A DNA stretch of 42,974 bases. It comes from a virus. Its lineage: Duplodnaviria; Caudoviricetes. The position numbers were made by a program, and so were the translations under genes. Positions 25,914 through 35,740 of this stretch are shown here, piece by piece. Where the stretch lies: positions 1-42,974 of the IMG/VR virus record IMGVR_UViG_3300033067_000747. One strand, given 5' to 3'. The notes under the pieces are model-generated. The model saw nothing but the letters and a program-made list of their open reading frames with translations, was not told the origin of the DNA and did no database searches. Numbering within the stretch: position 1 is the stretch's first letter; every line of letters starts with the position of its first letter.

Positions 25914-28820
25914 TTACCCTCCGATCGGAATAATTCCGCTTGGCGCTACCGTAAGCACCTTGAACGGATAGGGACCAATTTGTCTGATAAAAATTCGGCC
26001 ATTCGAATTCCACTCGCCTTGTAAGTTCTGGCGCACTTCCCCCGTGAATAGAGGAGGAGGTCCATCAAGGACGGTGGAGTCGGGAAGCTTTAGTTCCGTG
26101 AGACCTTCGAGCGGATCATCGTCGTCATCGGTCGGAGGCTTGCCGCCTACCCATAGACCGCGAGTGGACTCGAGCATTAAGGTCACTTCGCCTATGCACT
26201 TATTCTTATCGATCAGCGTCTCGCCGTTGGCCGTGTCGATATTTAGGAGTTCGATATCTGAAATGTAGGGAATGCCCACCCGAATGAACGTGTAGTATCC
26301 AGGCAGGGTAACGGCTCCCGTCGCGACCGTGATCGCCGTCATGCTGCTACGGTTTGGATTGGCTACCTCAAACCCATCTGCAAAGACTCCCACTGTCTCG
26401 CCGTTTAAATGCCAAATTCCAGTCACTTGGTTTACGGCTTTTCCCCACTTAGAAAATGCGGTCGATCTCATGGCGGCTGGCACGGTTTGGCTTAGGCATC
26501 TTCCCGTAACTACGGTGCCGCTCGTATAGGCTTTAATGGTGAAGCGAAGAACCGTCCCGTCCGCACCTTCGATATGTATCTGTTTGTTCACATCCGTAGA
26601 TGCGAAATAAGAGGACGATGCGGTAAGAGTCAGCGTCTCGTTATAAGTCCAATTAGTTCCACCGGAGATGGTCATCGTGAGAGCCGCTGAAGTGTTCCGT
26701 CCATCGAGCACGCCGGCGCAATCTAGGAAAGGCGCATCCTTAATATCGGATTTAAAAATCGCGCTCACGGTCTTTCCAGAGAAGTTGCGAGACTTCATTC
26801 TTTCGATGTAGCGCTTCACGTAGCCGTTAACCGTGCGCTTCACGACTAGGTAAACGGAGTCTTCTCCGTCTTCTGGCACGACACAGATACGCTCTACGCC
26901 TCGGAATGCGGTTCCTCCACCTGCGTAGGCCGATCCATTAAGCACGCCTTCTTCGGTATCGAAGTCGTGCCGGTGCCAGGCTGCGATCATTTGGTCTTTA
27001 ACGTAAGTGAGACCAAGAAGAACGCCGTCATCTCTGACCGCCCAAAGGATTGAGTTCGGAGTCTTTTGATATGCAATGTCCACGATCTCGTGGCCATCGA
27101 CCAGGTGAGCGGAGAACAGGGAAAGCTCGTTCCCTTTGTATCCGTCAGACTCAAAGCTAAATGCCATGTCGATAATCAGGGAGCCGTTCTTTTGAACGTA
27201 AACGACATCGCCATCAATCACGACCGGAGGGAGTGAACTTGACCCGTTGTAAGTGAACTGCCTTGGATTGATCTCGGTCGGAGTAATTGTCCCGCCAGAG
27301 TCCCCGAGCAGAGCATGCTCTCCCGCCTGGGTTAGGATTAAAGGCTTCCCGGCATCGACGATATGCTCGATCGCGTTCACCTGCTTGCCCGTGATCCGAG
27401 CAGTGATCGAGTCGTCGGATTGCAGAGGAATGTAGCGGGTGAAATTCTTGTACTGCCCGCTCCTCGACATCCAAATGCCTTCAGGATTGAGCTTGGAATT
27501 TCCAAGAACCAGGCGCTGCTGAATGTATCCCACACATGAAGGGTAATTGTGGGCTCGCTGAGCGTTTCCTCCCGACGAATAGGCGGTGTACGCAGAGCTA
27601 TCGACGGCTGCGCCCGACATATCTCGAAGTGAGAACGTAGTGTTCGAAAGGGCGGTCACCTTGTAAAATAGGCTATTTACTTCCGTCATCCCGGTTACGC
27701 CCGAGATATAAATCACATCATCGGTCGAATATCCGTGCGTGGCCGTGGTCACTACGGCAGGGTTCGCTGCCGTGATTCCTGAAATTGCTTTCGCCGTCTC
27801 TAGAGCGAAAGGATCTCGAGCCGTAGGAGGAGTGGCATTGGCATCGGGAGAGATCGCGTTGTCAGTAAACGATCCAGTCGTCGAGGCTCCAATGAATCCG
27901 CAAATGTCCGAATATGCCACCTGTCGGTAGATGTAGTAGGTCACCGCGCCAGGTGCTGTATCCCACGTAAAAGTAACCGGGCTAGCGGACGCAGGCTGAT
28001 TCCCATACGACAACGAAGCCGGAAGACTCTCTTCTAAGGAGTCGGAACTAATTGCGGTAACTTGGTATTTTACCCCGCCACCCGTTCCACCCGATGCAGC
28101 TAGATTCGTAGGGGCTGCTTGCCCAGGTGCGAACGTTATCTTAGTCAGCGTCCAACTCGTGTGCCCTGTCCTTGCCAATTCGTAAGGAGGATAGTCCTTA
28201 TGAACTATCGTCATCACGTCGGCGGATTGCACGAACTTGAGAGATGAGAGATCTGTATACTGATACGGAGTTACGATCGCGTAGATCTTCGCGACGGTTC
28301 CGCCGCTCGAGTATGTCGTGTAACTCGTGGTATTAATCGCGTTGCCGTCTTTGTCTACAAGCGTGAATGTATCCGTCGTGCGGTTTGCCACGAGAGCGTA
28401 ACGATTGTTCAGCTGGGTCATGCCCACGATTCCGGACACGTAAAGCTCATCGCCGTTAGAATATCCATGGCCCGTAATCGTTATTACTCCGGGGCTTGCC
28501 TTAGTGATTGCGGTGATGTTCTTGGCGGTGTTAGTGAGCAGAGCGCCATCACGAATCACTCGCATGTAGTTCGTGCCGAACTCAAGAACGTAGGTCTGAT
28601 CGGCATTGAAAACGAATTGAATTAATCTGACTGGAATCTGGGAGCTCGCAACTTCGCAAACCCATTCCCCGCCTGGTCGGTTAGATGCTCCACCATGGCG
28701 CTGAATCAACGTATTGCGGCAAGTCCTTAGACCCGTAGAATACTTGTTCGTATCCACGCGGCCGTAAAGGCTAGGAGTGATCTCGCCGGCTGAGAAATTT
28801 AATTGCCTCGACGTGCTCAG
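25914..28820 (-). CDS. Tail tubular protein B / nozzle
   Basis: FVQSADVM, YIQQRLV, IWMSRSG, IAAWHRHD. The conserved N-terminus (QLNFSAGEITPSLYGRVD) extends to a CTG at 28820. Confidence 0.9.
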   Translation of the reverse strand: MSTSRQLNFSAGEITPSLYGRVDTNKYSTGLRTCRNTLIQRHGGASNRPGGEWVCEVASSQIPVRLIQFVFNADQTYVLEFGTNYMRVIRDGALLTNTAKNITAITKASPGVITITGHGYSNGDELYVSGIVGMTQLNNRYALVANRTTDTFTLVDKDGNAINTTSYTTYSSGGTVAKIYAIVTPYQYTDLSSLKFVQSADVMTIVHKDYPPYELARTGHTSWTLTKITFAPGQAAPTNLAASGGTGGGVKYQVTAISSDSLEESLPASLSYGNQPASASPVTFTWDTAPGAVTYYIYRQVAYSDICGFIGASTTGSFTDNAISPDANATPPTARDPFALETAKAISGITAANPAVVTTATHGYSTDDVIYISGVTGMTEVNSLFYKVTALSNTTFSLRDMSGAAVDSSAYTAYSSGGNAQRAHNYPSCVGYIQQRLVLGNSKLNPEGIWMSRSGQYKNFTRYIPLQSDDSITARITGKQVNAIEHIVDAGKPLILTQAGEHALLGDSGGTITPTEINPRQFTYNGSSSLPPVVIDGDVVYVQKNGSLIIDMAFSFESDGYKGNELSLFSAHLVDGHEIVDIAYQKTPNSILWAVRDDGVLLGLTYVKDQMIAAWHRHDFDTEEGVLNGSAYAGGGTAFRGVERICVVPEDGEDSVYLVVKRTVNGYVKRYIERMKSRNFSGKTVSAIFKSDIKDAPFLDCAGVLDGRNTSAALTMTISGGTNWTYNETLTLTASSSYFASTDVNKQIHIEGADGTVLRFTIKAYTSGTVVTGRCLSQTVPAAMRSTAFSKWGKAVNQVTGIWHLNGETVGVFADGFEVANPNRSSMTAITVATGAVTLPGYYTFIRVGIPYISDIELLNIDTANGETLIDKNKCIGEVTLMLESTRGLWVGGKPPTDDDDDPLEGLTELKLPDSTVLDGPPPLFTGEVRQNLQGEWNSNGRIFIRQIGPYPFKVLTVAPSGIIPIGG

Positions 28821-28823
28821 GAA

Positions 28824-29438
28824 TTACCTCGCATCGTATAGGTCACCGTTTGATTCGTCGGTTGATTGATCTTCTGTAATTGCGTTGGCCCTGGCCTGGC
28901 GCACATAGGCCTCGTACATAGCCATGGCCTTTGGCCCGAGCTGATTCTTATCGCCGGCGGAAATGCGTGGGGCGATCATGGCGGCTAAGCGGCATGAAAG
29001 GGCGATCACGAAGTCGGCGTCGAACCTGCCAGTCTCGGTGATGTCTTCAGTGATCTCAGCGATCGGCGCTGTTTCATCTGTGTAAATAACTTTTGCGCTT
29101 CCAGCGCTAGCGATTCGGAACTTAATCTTTGTCGCATTCGAGTCAGTTCTCGCGCCGCTCAGGATGCGGCGGAAGCGGATGCAGTCCGAAGGGTAGGCGT
29201 AGGAATACTCCCACTCATTTCCTAAATCTTCGGTAGCGTCTTCTTCAATTAAAGAGAGGGCCTTGAACTTCGTAGCGAATGGCCAATCGAAATCCCTCAA
29301 CGCAGTGGTGCGGGCGATCTCGTAGAACAAACGGCAAGCGCGCGCGGGCTCTGACTGGTCGGTATCGAAATTCGATATCCCACTTCCAGAGGCCACGTGC
29401 GAAAGCGCGAGATTGCAGATATCCGTTTTCGAAGACAT
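28824..29438 (-). CDS. Tail tubular protein A / adaptor
   Basis: DICNLAL, DWPFA, YAYPSDCIR motifs. Confidence 0.88.
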   Translation of the reverse strand: MSSKTDICNLALSHVASGSGISNFDTDQSEPARACRLFYEIARTTALRDFDWPFATKFKALSLIEEDATEDLGNEWEYSYAYPSDCIRFRRILSGARTDSNATKIKFRIASAGSAKVIYTDETAPIAEITEDITETGRFDADFVIALSCRLAAMIAPRISAGDKNQLGPKAMAMYEAYVRQARANAITEDQSTDESNGDLYDAR

Positions 29439-29446
29439 CTAGCCTC

Positions 29447-29791
29447 CTACTTGAATCGTCCGATTCCAATCACTGAAGCACTTGTGTCGGTCGAAACCTT
29501 CCACGCGCCATTTACGGAACGCATCCCTAGGTTTAGGGAATAGGTACCGATGGCAGCGCCGGCGGCGAAAACGACGATAGACGGCGCCGAACCGTCTTGG
29601 ATAAAAACCTTGTTGGCAGTGGTCGCGCTCACGGCGACGATCATCTTCTCGAGCACGTCCCCAGCCCCTCCGGTCACGCCTAAGGTCGTGGCGGTCGAAG
29701 AGAATGGAACGACTTCGTAGTCGGTATGAGGTGGCTCAGCTCGGGCTACTCCCGGAAGCATCAACACGAGAGAGAGAATAAAAAGCTTCAT
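29447..29791 (-). CDS. Small beta-rich protein with signal peptide
   Basis: GGAGG RBS, MKLFILSLVLMLPGVARA then EPP. Confidence 0.7.
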   Translation of the reverse strand: MKLFILSLVLMLPGVARAEPPHTDYEVVPFSSTATTLGVTGGAGDVLEKMIVAVSATTANKVFIQDGSAPSIVVFAAGAAIGTYSLNLGMRSVNGAWKVSTDTSASVIGIGRFK

Positions 29792-29807
29792 AGATCCTCC
29801 GAAAGTG

Positions 29808-29841
29808 GCGCGGGCGGGGTAATGGCAAACCCCACCCGCGC
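29808..29841 (-). terminator. GC-rich stem-loop after the head genes (weak terminator or mRNA stabiliser)
   Basis: GCGCGGGTGGGGT pairs with ACCCCGCCCGCGC (13 bp, one G-U on the minus strand). Only a short U run follows. Confidence 0.55.
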
Positions 29842-29849
29842 GCAGCGAA

Positions 29850-30137
29850 TTAAATAACGTGCTCGTCTTCGTCGATTTCTGGCTCAGGTTCGGCAACTTT
29901 CTTGCCCTTCTTCCCTTTGCCCACCGGCTCGTCTTCCACCTTCTCCATCCACGTATCCGAGAATTGCTCCTCGGGCGTGAACACGTGGTCTACTGGTTTT
30001 ATGTCGATGCCCTTGGGATATCCGCCTTCCGGTTCAGGCGGCATCTTCTTGCCCTTCCTTGGCTTTAGATCGAACTCCTGTCCTGGTCGCTTGCGACCGT
30101 GGGCATAAAAACCTAGTTGCGTAGCACGTACTTTCAT
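29850..30137 (-). CDS. Small conserved-looking head-region protein
   Basis: MKVRATQLGFY...RKRPGQEF...WMEKV, AAGGAG RBS. Confidence 0.7.
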   Translation of the reverse strand: MKVRATQLGFYAHGRKRPGQEFDLKPRKGKKMPPEPEGGYPKGIDIKPVDHVFTPEEQFSDTWMEKVEDEPVGKGKKGKKVAEPEPEIDEDEHVI

Positions 30138-30150
30138 TCAGTCTCCTTAC

Positions 30151-30582
30151 TTACGAGATGGTGTAACCTTTGGCGTAGGCGGTGAAATTGTCGGCGTCTT
30201 GAGAAAGAGCCGCAGTCAAACTGCCCGTCGAAAGGTTTCCGTTGTTAGGGGTGTACTTAAGGCGGATGTAGCGAAAGTTCGATGCGAAATCAGGGCTGAT
30301 CTTCGCTACGTACTTGCCGCCCACCGCCGCGAGAGCTGGGATGATGAACAAGCGCTGTACACCGTCAGGAGTAAAGCTCGTGGTGCTATCACCTTCGAGT
30401 TCTACCGTGAGAGTGGAGTCAGAACCTGAGTCCGTAAAAGCAACGTCCACCGTCACCACTACGAATAGGTTGGTTCCAACACCGATATTTCGGGCAGACC
30501 CGAGATCGATGATGTTGTCGGAGGCGGCTGCCGCCGTAACTGCCTGTGCATCAGAGAACAAATGTTGTGCGTCGAGAATCAT
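30151..30582 (-). CDS. Capsid cement protein (BPP-1 Bbp16-like)
   Basis: MILDAQHLFSDAQAVT...SDNIIDLG...RYIRLKY immediately after the capsid gene. Confidence 0.85.
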   Translation of the reverse strand: MILDAQHLFSDAQAVTAAAASDNIIDLGSARNIGVGTNLFVVVTVDVAFTDSGSDSTLTVELEGDSTTSFTPDGVQRLFIIPALAAVGGKYVAKISPDFASNFRYIRLKYTPNNGNLSTGSLTAALSQDADNFTAYAKGYTIS

Positions 30583-30612
30583 AAAATCTCCTTTGAAGTT
30601 GAAAGTCGTTGG

Positions 30613-31620
30613 TTAGGACACAGCTGCTTCGGTTTCGAGCAACTGGTCGAGCAACTTCACGGGGATTCCGCGGAAGTTCATTACGGGCTTGCCGTCTACG
30701 TTTGCGTAGCCAAGCTGACCGCCCACTTGCACGTCGTCGCGCATTTGGATGTCGAGCATCTGCTTCACGGTGCGGTTCATGTAGAACGCGCAGTTTCCGC
30801 CAGATACGCCGCCCGCTGGGATACGGTGGTAAGCCTTGATCATGAGTTCGATCAGGTCGGCTGCGGAACTCTTCGCGATAAGGTTCGAGATATCGATGTT
30901 CGCGATGCGAACGCAGTATCTCCAGTCCTTAACTACGAGACCGCCCTTCCAGATGAATTGGTCCTGGAATGCGCGGAGGCGCGAGCCTGCGATTCCGGTT
31001 CCGCCGGTTACGGTTTGCTCGCCGAGATCCTTGTGCTCGAGACCCGCTTGCGAACCCTTTGGGAAGGTTCCGAATAGACGGTCTGCGCCCCAGCACACGA
31101 GATAGATCGAAGAGTTATCCGATCCAACTCCGCCGGCGTTCAGGATGTGGGAAGCGTTGGTGGCCGAGAGAGAAGAGTAACGAACGGCAAGACCGTTGAA
31201 CTCTTCTGGCGCGGTACCAGAGTTTCCGTACACGAGGGTTTGAGCCATCTCTTGACCCATGGCTTCTACGAATGCAGAGCTTTCCGACAAGCGGAATGCG
31301 CCTACATCGTTAGCGAGCTTTGCAAGCTCCACGTCCACTTCGGACCAGGCTTCCAAGAGACCGCAGCCGTCAGTTACCTGCGCCGTGGTGCTCTTGCTCG
31401 GGGTTACGGCCTGGTTGATCAAGCGCCAGTAAACGCTAGGCAAACCAGTTCGGATCGTGGACTGGTGACCAGTTACGAGGTTCCCTTCCATGAACGGGAT
31501 ATCCTGAAGAATCTCGTTGTTCTGGGAAAGCATCTCCACAATGGCTGCTACTTTTCCAGATGGGTCTAAGCGCTTCGCGTGATCCGCAAGGGTCAATACG
31601 TTTGCTCCAAGTGTCGGCAT
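30613..31620 (-). CDS. Major capsid protein (BPP-1-like)
   Basis: LTLADHAKRLDP, IVEMLSQNNEIL, RTGLP, DWRYCVRIANID, FRGIPV. Confidence 0.93.
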   Translation of the reverse strand: MPTLGANVLTLADHAKRLDPSGKVAAIVEMLSQNNEILQDIPFMEGNLVTGHQSTIRTGLPSVYWRLINQAVTPSKSTTAQVTDGCGLLEAWSEVDVELAKLANDVGAFRLSESSAFVEAMGQEMAQTLVYGNSGTAPEEFNGLAVRYSSLSATNASHILNAGGVGSDNSSIYLVCWGADRLFGTFPKGSQAGLEHKDLGEQTVTGGTGIAGSRLRAFQDQFIWKGGLVVKDWRYCVRIANIDISNLIAKSSAADLIELMIKAYHRIPAGGVSGGNCAFYMNRTVKQMLDIQMRDDVQVGGQLGYANVDGKPVMNFRGIPVKLLDQLLETEAAVS

Positions 31621-31623
31621 AAA

Positions 31624-32238
31624 TTATTCCTTCTTTGGGTAAAATATTTCGGAGAGCGATTTTTCCTGCTTTGGGGAAGCAGAGGCTTGAACGAACTTGT
31701 CGTTTGCCAATAGCTTTCCCGCGGCAGCACACATGCGGATCAGTTCTGGGTGATTGCCCAATCCACTTGAGTCGAGCGCTTCCTTGAGCTTTGGCGATCC
31801 AAACTTCGTGACAAATCGCTTGGCGTGTTCCGCGCTTTCTTTCGCGAGGTTTCCGCCGATCTCTTTGTCGTTCTCGAAGTCCTTCCTCCACTGCTCTACG
31901 TTTTGGGTTAGTTGTTGCTTTTGAGCCTCTTGGAAGGTGGCGATTGCCTTGTGCTCACGGTCCACATTTGCCTGTGCTTGCTCGGGAGTTAGGCCGCTGG
32001 CTTTCGCTTCAGCGACAATTTCCTCGATTCGCTTAGGGTTTAGGAGTGAGCCCTCCGGATGCTTTAGATCGAACTTTACGGGTTCAACTTTGGCGGGCGC
32101 GGCGGGTGCCTCTTTAGGCGGCTCGGTTTTGGTCTCCGTGGTCGCTTCAGCTTTTGGGGCTTCAGTAACTACAGTGGCCGGTGTTGCATCAACCGCTTGC
32201 GTGGTGGCGGGCGCGGTGGTTTGCTGAATCTCAGACAT
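31624..32238 (-). CDS. Capsid scaffolding protein
   Basis: Low-complexity N-terminus, GLTPEQAQ, GLGNHPELIR, just upstream of the capsid gene. Confidence 0.82.
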   Translation of the reverse strand: MSEIQQTTAPATTQAVDATPATVVTEAPKAEATTETKTEPPKEAPAAPAKVEPVKFDLKHPEGSLLNPKRIEEIVAEAKASGLTPEQAQANVDREHKAIATFQEAQKQQLTQNVEQWRKDFENDKEIGGNLAKESAEHAKRFVTKFGSPKLKEALDSSGLGNHPELIRMCAAAGKLLANDKFVQASASPKQEKSLSEIFYPKKE

Positions 32239-32554
32239 TATTAAAACCTTTCTCGTGTGCGATAATTTGTAGGTTTGGCCAATTCTTTGGCGAAGCTGCG
32301 GTCATGGCTTCGATGACCTTTTGACCGACGTTCTGCTCGCCGGACATGAAGTACATTTGTGAACCAGAGTGGCTGTAGTTAAGGCGGCCGACGCCACACT
32401 CACCTAGTAGCCACCAAAGAAAACGCTGGCCGTCTTCGTTGGCCATCAAGAAAGAGACGTGATCATTCAGCTTATTTTCCGCGTGACGTTGCTTGTCGGC
32501 GGAAGCTTTCACCTGAGATTCGTCACTTAAATTTCTTTGTTTTGGTTCGCCCAT
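32231..32554 (-). CDS. Head-region protein (BPP-1 Bbp19-like)
   Basis: LMANEDGQRFLWWLLGECGV...GEQNVG. Confidence 0.78.
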   Translation of the reverse strand: MGEPKQRNLSDESQVKASADKQRHAENKLNDHVSFLMANEDGQRFLWWLLGECGVGRLNYSHSGSQMYFMSGEQNVGQKVIEAMTAASPKNWPNLQIIAHEKGFNNV

Positions 32555-32561
32555 GAATTCC

Positions 32562-33059
32562 TTAGTTGTTGTTGAACCAGCGACCTACGGAGCCCACGGC
32601 GGCCCAAGAGTCTGCGTCTACTGCACGAAGATTGAGAATGTTTCCCGACGATGAAGAGAGAACCGACGCGCCGGTCGCGATCGTCATATTGAGAATTGAG
32701 TCGGGGGCTGCGAATGGCTTAACGATCAAGTTGCCTTGTAGCTTTGATACGAAAGTGAATTCACATCCAGGAACGGTCGAGGCTTCTGGAAGCACTTCAG
32801 TGATCGAAGTGGCGGCACCTTGAACGATCGTCTTTCCGCAGTCGGTCGCGGCGAGATACTGGGAGCTTGCCGATACGGAGCCCACCTGAGATTGATTGTC
32901 TAGGTAGAGCTTGCCCGCGATCTGCGAGCACTTGGTTCCGTAAGCGCACTGCACGTCGGCTTGCGAGCCTAGGTCTAGTCCGCTGTTATCGAAGAACCGC
33001 ACCGATGCGAAGGAAGGGAAACAGAACAAAATGCTGAATAGAACTAAGAGGGCTTTCAT
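32562..33059 (-). CDS. Fibre/decoration-like protein with signal peptide
   Basis: AAGGAG RBS, MKALLVLFSILFCFPSFA then SVR. The C-terminal domain DCGKTI...LPEAS...GCEFTF...W resembles fibre modules. Confidence 0.7.
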   Translation of the reverse strand: MKALLVLFSILFCFPSFASVRFFDNSGLDLGSQADVQCAYGTKCSQIAGKLYLDNQSQVGSVSASSQYLAATDCGKTIVQGAATSITEVLPEASTVPGCEFTFVSKLQGNLIVKPFAAPDSILNMTIATGASVLSSSSGNILNLRAVDADSWAAVGSVGRWFNNN

Positions 33060-33103
33060 CTTTACTCCTTTGGTTATTTCGGGACTAAGCCCCGCTTTAA
33101 AAG

Positions 33104-34909
33104 TCATGGGCCACCTGGCACGATGCGGCCGGCGTTGGCCTGGTCGGTTAGGCGAGTGAGCGCGTTGTCGCTCGACATATCCGTTTGGGAGAGATTCTTT
33201 GCGGCGCTTGATGCCTGCTCGACCGCTGCCATTCGTTGCTGAGCGGCGGCTGCTTGCTGCTGCTGATCTCTGATTCCTTTAACTTGGTCTTCCGTTCGAA
33301 CGATCTTGGGAGGGAGACTCGTCATCTCACCGATCGAGCTGAGCACTTCGTCGAAGTCAGTCTTAACGAGAGTGGTTTGATCGATAGCGGCCACCATTTG
33401 AACGATCTGGAGGTAGCGCTCAATTCCGGAGATACCCACGATCTTCTGGGCTTGGGCCATGATCGATAGGAGCTCGACCTTGATGTCGGTTCCTTGGAGT
33501 TCTTCCGGAGCTTCGGGGAATCGGCCTTGCTTGAATCCGATAAATAGAGCGATGTCGATCAGGGGCTTGAGCAATTCCTGCTCGGTCTGCTCGTATACGT
33601 GACCCAAGGCTAGGAATTTTTCTTCTTTCCGCTCGGTCACTTCCATGGCGGTCGGACGCTGAGAGCGGTCATCGCCTGAGAGCATTAGGAAAATGTCTTC
33701 GTAGTAGGCTTTACGAATGCGTTCGCGAACTTGAGACTGCTTCTGCTCCATTGCCTCTAAGCGAAATTGAACCTCGTGAATGGGGCGTAGGCCCTGCTGT
33801 CCTTCACGGGAATTCGTCGCGGTGAAGTCGCCGGGAAGGATAGAAATCTTTTTATTGATAAGCTCGGGCGGACCCTGCATTGGCGGGTCGATCATCTTGT
33901 CGATCGCTTTGAGAGATTTCTTCTCGCCGGCCTGGAGCTGGCGAATGTCTCCGAGCGCCGTCATGCCTGGGCAATCGGTGCCGTAAACGTCTTCGCCGCT
34001 TACTTCCCAGCGTGGGCATAGAACTGGGAAATAGTCGTATCCTGATTCGCGGAGATATTTTCCTGAGTCTGCGGAAGTGTATACGCCGCTGCCGCCGGCA
34101 TTCGCGGAGCCAGAGCCTCTCTCGTAATAGCAGCTCGAGAACTTGGCATGTTTTGGAAGGTGAGAATTCGGATCATAGTCCGCGTTCGGCTCGATGATAT
34201 GGCGGATGTCTACCCAGTTCTCTAAGTTCCCGGACTCATAGGAGGTGCGAACGTAATTCGAGAGGTTGTCCCAATTGTAATGATCGCCCTTACTCTTCTT
34301 GTCTTCCTTCTCTTCGTCTTCGCCCTCTTCGCTGGTCTCGCCGAAGCGCTCCAATACTTGGCGCACGGTAAGACGGAACTCTCGAGCGAAGACGCCTACC
34401 TTTAGATTCTCATCGTTCGCGATTCGATAGGTGCCGATAGGTAGGACTTGGCAGCGGATGAGGGTCTCGAAGTCTTCTTCGATCAGCATGGCGCCGGTAG
34501 CGAAATCGCCCATATCTCCGAACAAGATTGGCGCTTCCTTATATAGGTTCGATTTCAGGAAGAGGGATGACAGCCGCTGGGTCACGACATCGAGCCACTG
34601 TTTTACGGATGCTGATTCGTTTAGATCAGGATCCGGAGTGGCCAAGCGAAACCACGGGCGAGCTGGAGACATCACGCCGGCCATCATTCCCGCTCGAAGA
34701 GTGCGGCTGGCCATGGTGCCGGTCGAATCGATAATGTCTTGGTTTACGCGGTCGCCTTTATTGGTCTCGGATAGGGTAAAGCGAGCACGCCGCGGACGAA
34801 TCACGCGAGAGATAGACTTCCAATGAGATAGAAAGCTTTGGATCTCCTGGTCCATCTGGCCCCAGAGAATGTCCATGCGTTGGCGTTTTGTTAGTAGGGA
34901 GGTTTGCAT
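33104..34909 (-). CDS. Portal (head-tail connector) protein
   Basis: IIDSTG, SPARPWFRL, PRWEVSGEDVYG, TAMEVTERKEEK. Confidence 0.95.
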   Translation of the reverse strand: MQTSLLTKRQRMDILWGQMDQEIQSFLSHWKSISRVIRPRRARFTLSETNKGDRVNQDIIDSTGTMASRTLRAGMMAGVMSPARPWFRLATPDPDLNESASVKQWLDVVTQRLSSLFLKSNLYKEAPILFGDMGDFATGAMLIEEDFETLIRCQVLPIGTYRIANDENLKVGVFAREFRLTVRQVLERFGETSEEGEDEEKEDKKSKGDHYNWDNLSNYVRTSYESGNLENWVDIRHIIEPNADYDPNSHLPKHAKFSSCYYERGSGSANAGGSGVYTSADSGKYLRESGYDYFPVLCPRWEVSGEDVYGTDCPGMTALGDIRQLQAGEKKSLKAIDKMIDPPMQGPPELINKKISILPGDFTATNSREGQQGLRPIHEVQFRLEAMEQKQSQVRERIRKAYYEDIFLMLSGDDRSQRPTAMEVTERKEEKFLALGHVYEQTEQELLKPLIDIALFIGFKQGRFPEAPEELQGTDIKVELLSIMAQAQKIVGISGIERYLQIVQMVAAIDQTTLVKTDFDEVLSSIGEMTSLPPKIVRTEDQVKGIRDQQQQAAAAQQRMAAVEQASSAAKNLSQTDMSSDNALTRLTDQANAGRIVPGGP

Positions 34910-35235
34910 CAGCTACCCAGAAGGGTTTTCCCTCCTGCAACTGGTGCGGCGCCTGATACGCCGAGCGGTGAAGTAAGGACGGTTCCGCCCCTCGAGGCAT
35001 TGACTGGTGCCGAGGAGTTACGACGGCTTAGGTCGCGAGCTAGGTCTTTGGCTTCCTGGTCTTTCTCGGCTCGGTCCTTGTCGGCTAGGTCGCGGTTGAG
35101 TTTGTCTTGCTGTTCCTTTTGGACCTTGGCAGTGTGGTCCGCGGCATCGGTCATCTTCTGCTGCTGCGAAACCTGCATTGCGGTGCCGCCGGCGAAAGCA
35201 GCCCCAGCCATGATGAAGGGAAGGGAGACGCCCAT
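34909..35235 (-). CDS. Small virion / tail-assembly protein
   Basis: Hydrophobic N-terminus, C-terminal TVLTSPLG...KTLLG, immediately before the portal. Confidence 0.7.
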   Translation of the reverse strand: MGVSLPFIMAGAAFAGGTAMQVSQQQKMTDAADHTAKVQKEQQDKLNRDLADKDRAEKDQEAKDLARDLSRRNSSAPVNASRGGTVLTSPLGVSGAAPVAGGKTLLGS

Positions 35236-35687
35236 TAGTCGAGCCTCCGACCGTAAATTTTGTCTATGAATGTGTAGCCAAGGCGCTCGAGCAGAGGGGA
35301 GAAGTCGAGTTCTGGCTTGGTCTTTACGTGTTGGTAAACGACCTGAACACCTTCAGCGCGAAGCATTTCGTCGCACCAAGGAATGAACTCAGCGCCGAAC
35401 CCACGCTTTTCAGGATGAATGAAGATAACGTCTTGGTTTGCTTGCTTTGAAGATTTGTAGTGGGGATTCGTGCGTACAAAGAAAGCCGCATATCCTGTAA
35501 GTGATCCGTCTTTATCGCGCGCGGTATATATACGTAGCCCATCGAGTTCTTCCATTCTCTCGTACAGAGCCCAATCGGGAGAGAGTTCTATGTCTTGGTA
35601 GTGTGCTACTTCGCGGAAATGGCAAAGCAAGAGCGGGAACAGCTCGTCGAATAGGGGGGCTGAAGCTAGCTCTCGCTGGAATTGCAC
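35235..35687 (-). CDS. GNAT-family acetyltransferase-like protein
   Basis: TAR..G.LTGY, DVIFIHPEKRG, LLERLGY. Confidence 0.8.
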   Translation of the reverse strand: MQFQRELASAPLFDELFPLLLCHFREVAHYQDIELSPDWALYERMEELDGLRIYTARDKDGSLTGYAAFFVRTNPHYKSSKQANQDVIFIHPEKRGFGAEFIPWCDEMLRAEGVQVVYQHVKTKPELDFSPLLERLGYTFIDKIYGRRLD

Positions 35688-35695
35688 TGGAGATA

Positions 35696-35715
35696 TGGTG
35701 ACATTAAAGCACCAC
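35696..35715. promoter_or_regulatory. Palindromic operator in front of the head gene block
   Basis: TGGTGACATTAAAGCACCAC is the exact reverse complement of 15821-15840. Confidence 0.7.
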
Positions 35716-35740
35716 CAATATCAGTGGACTAATTAGTACA

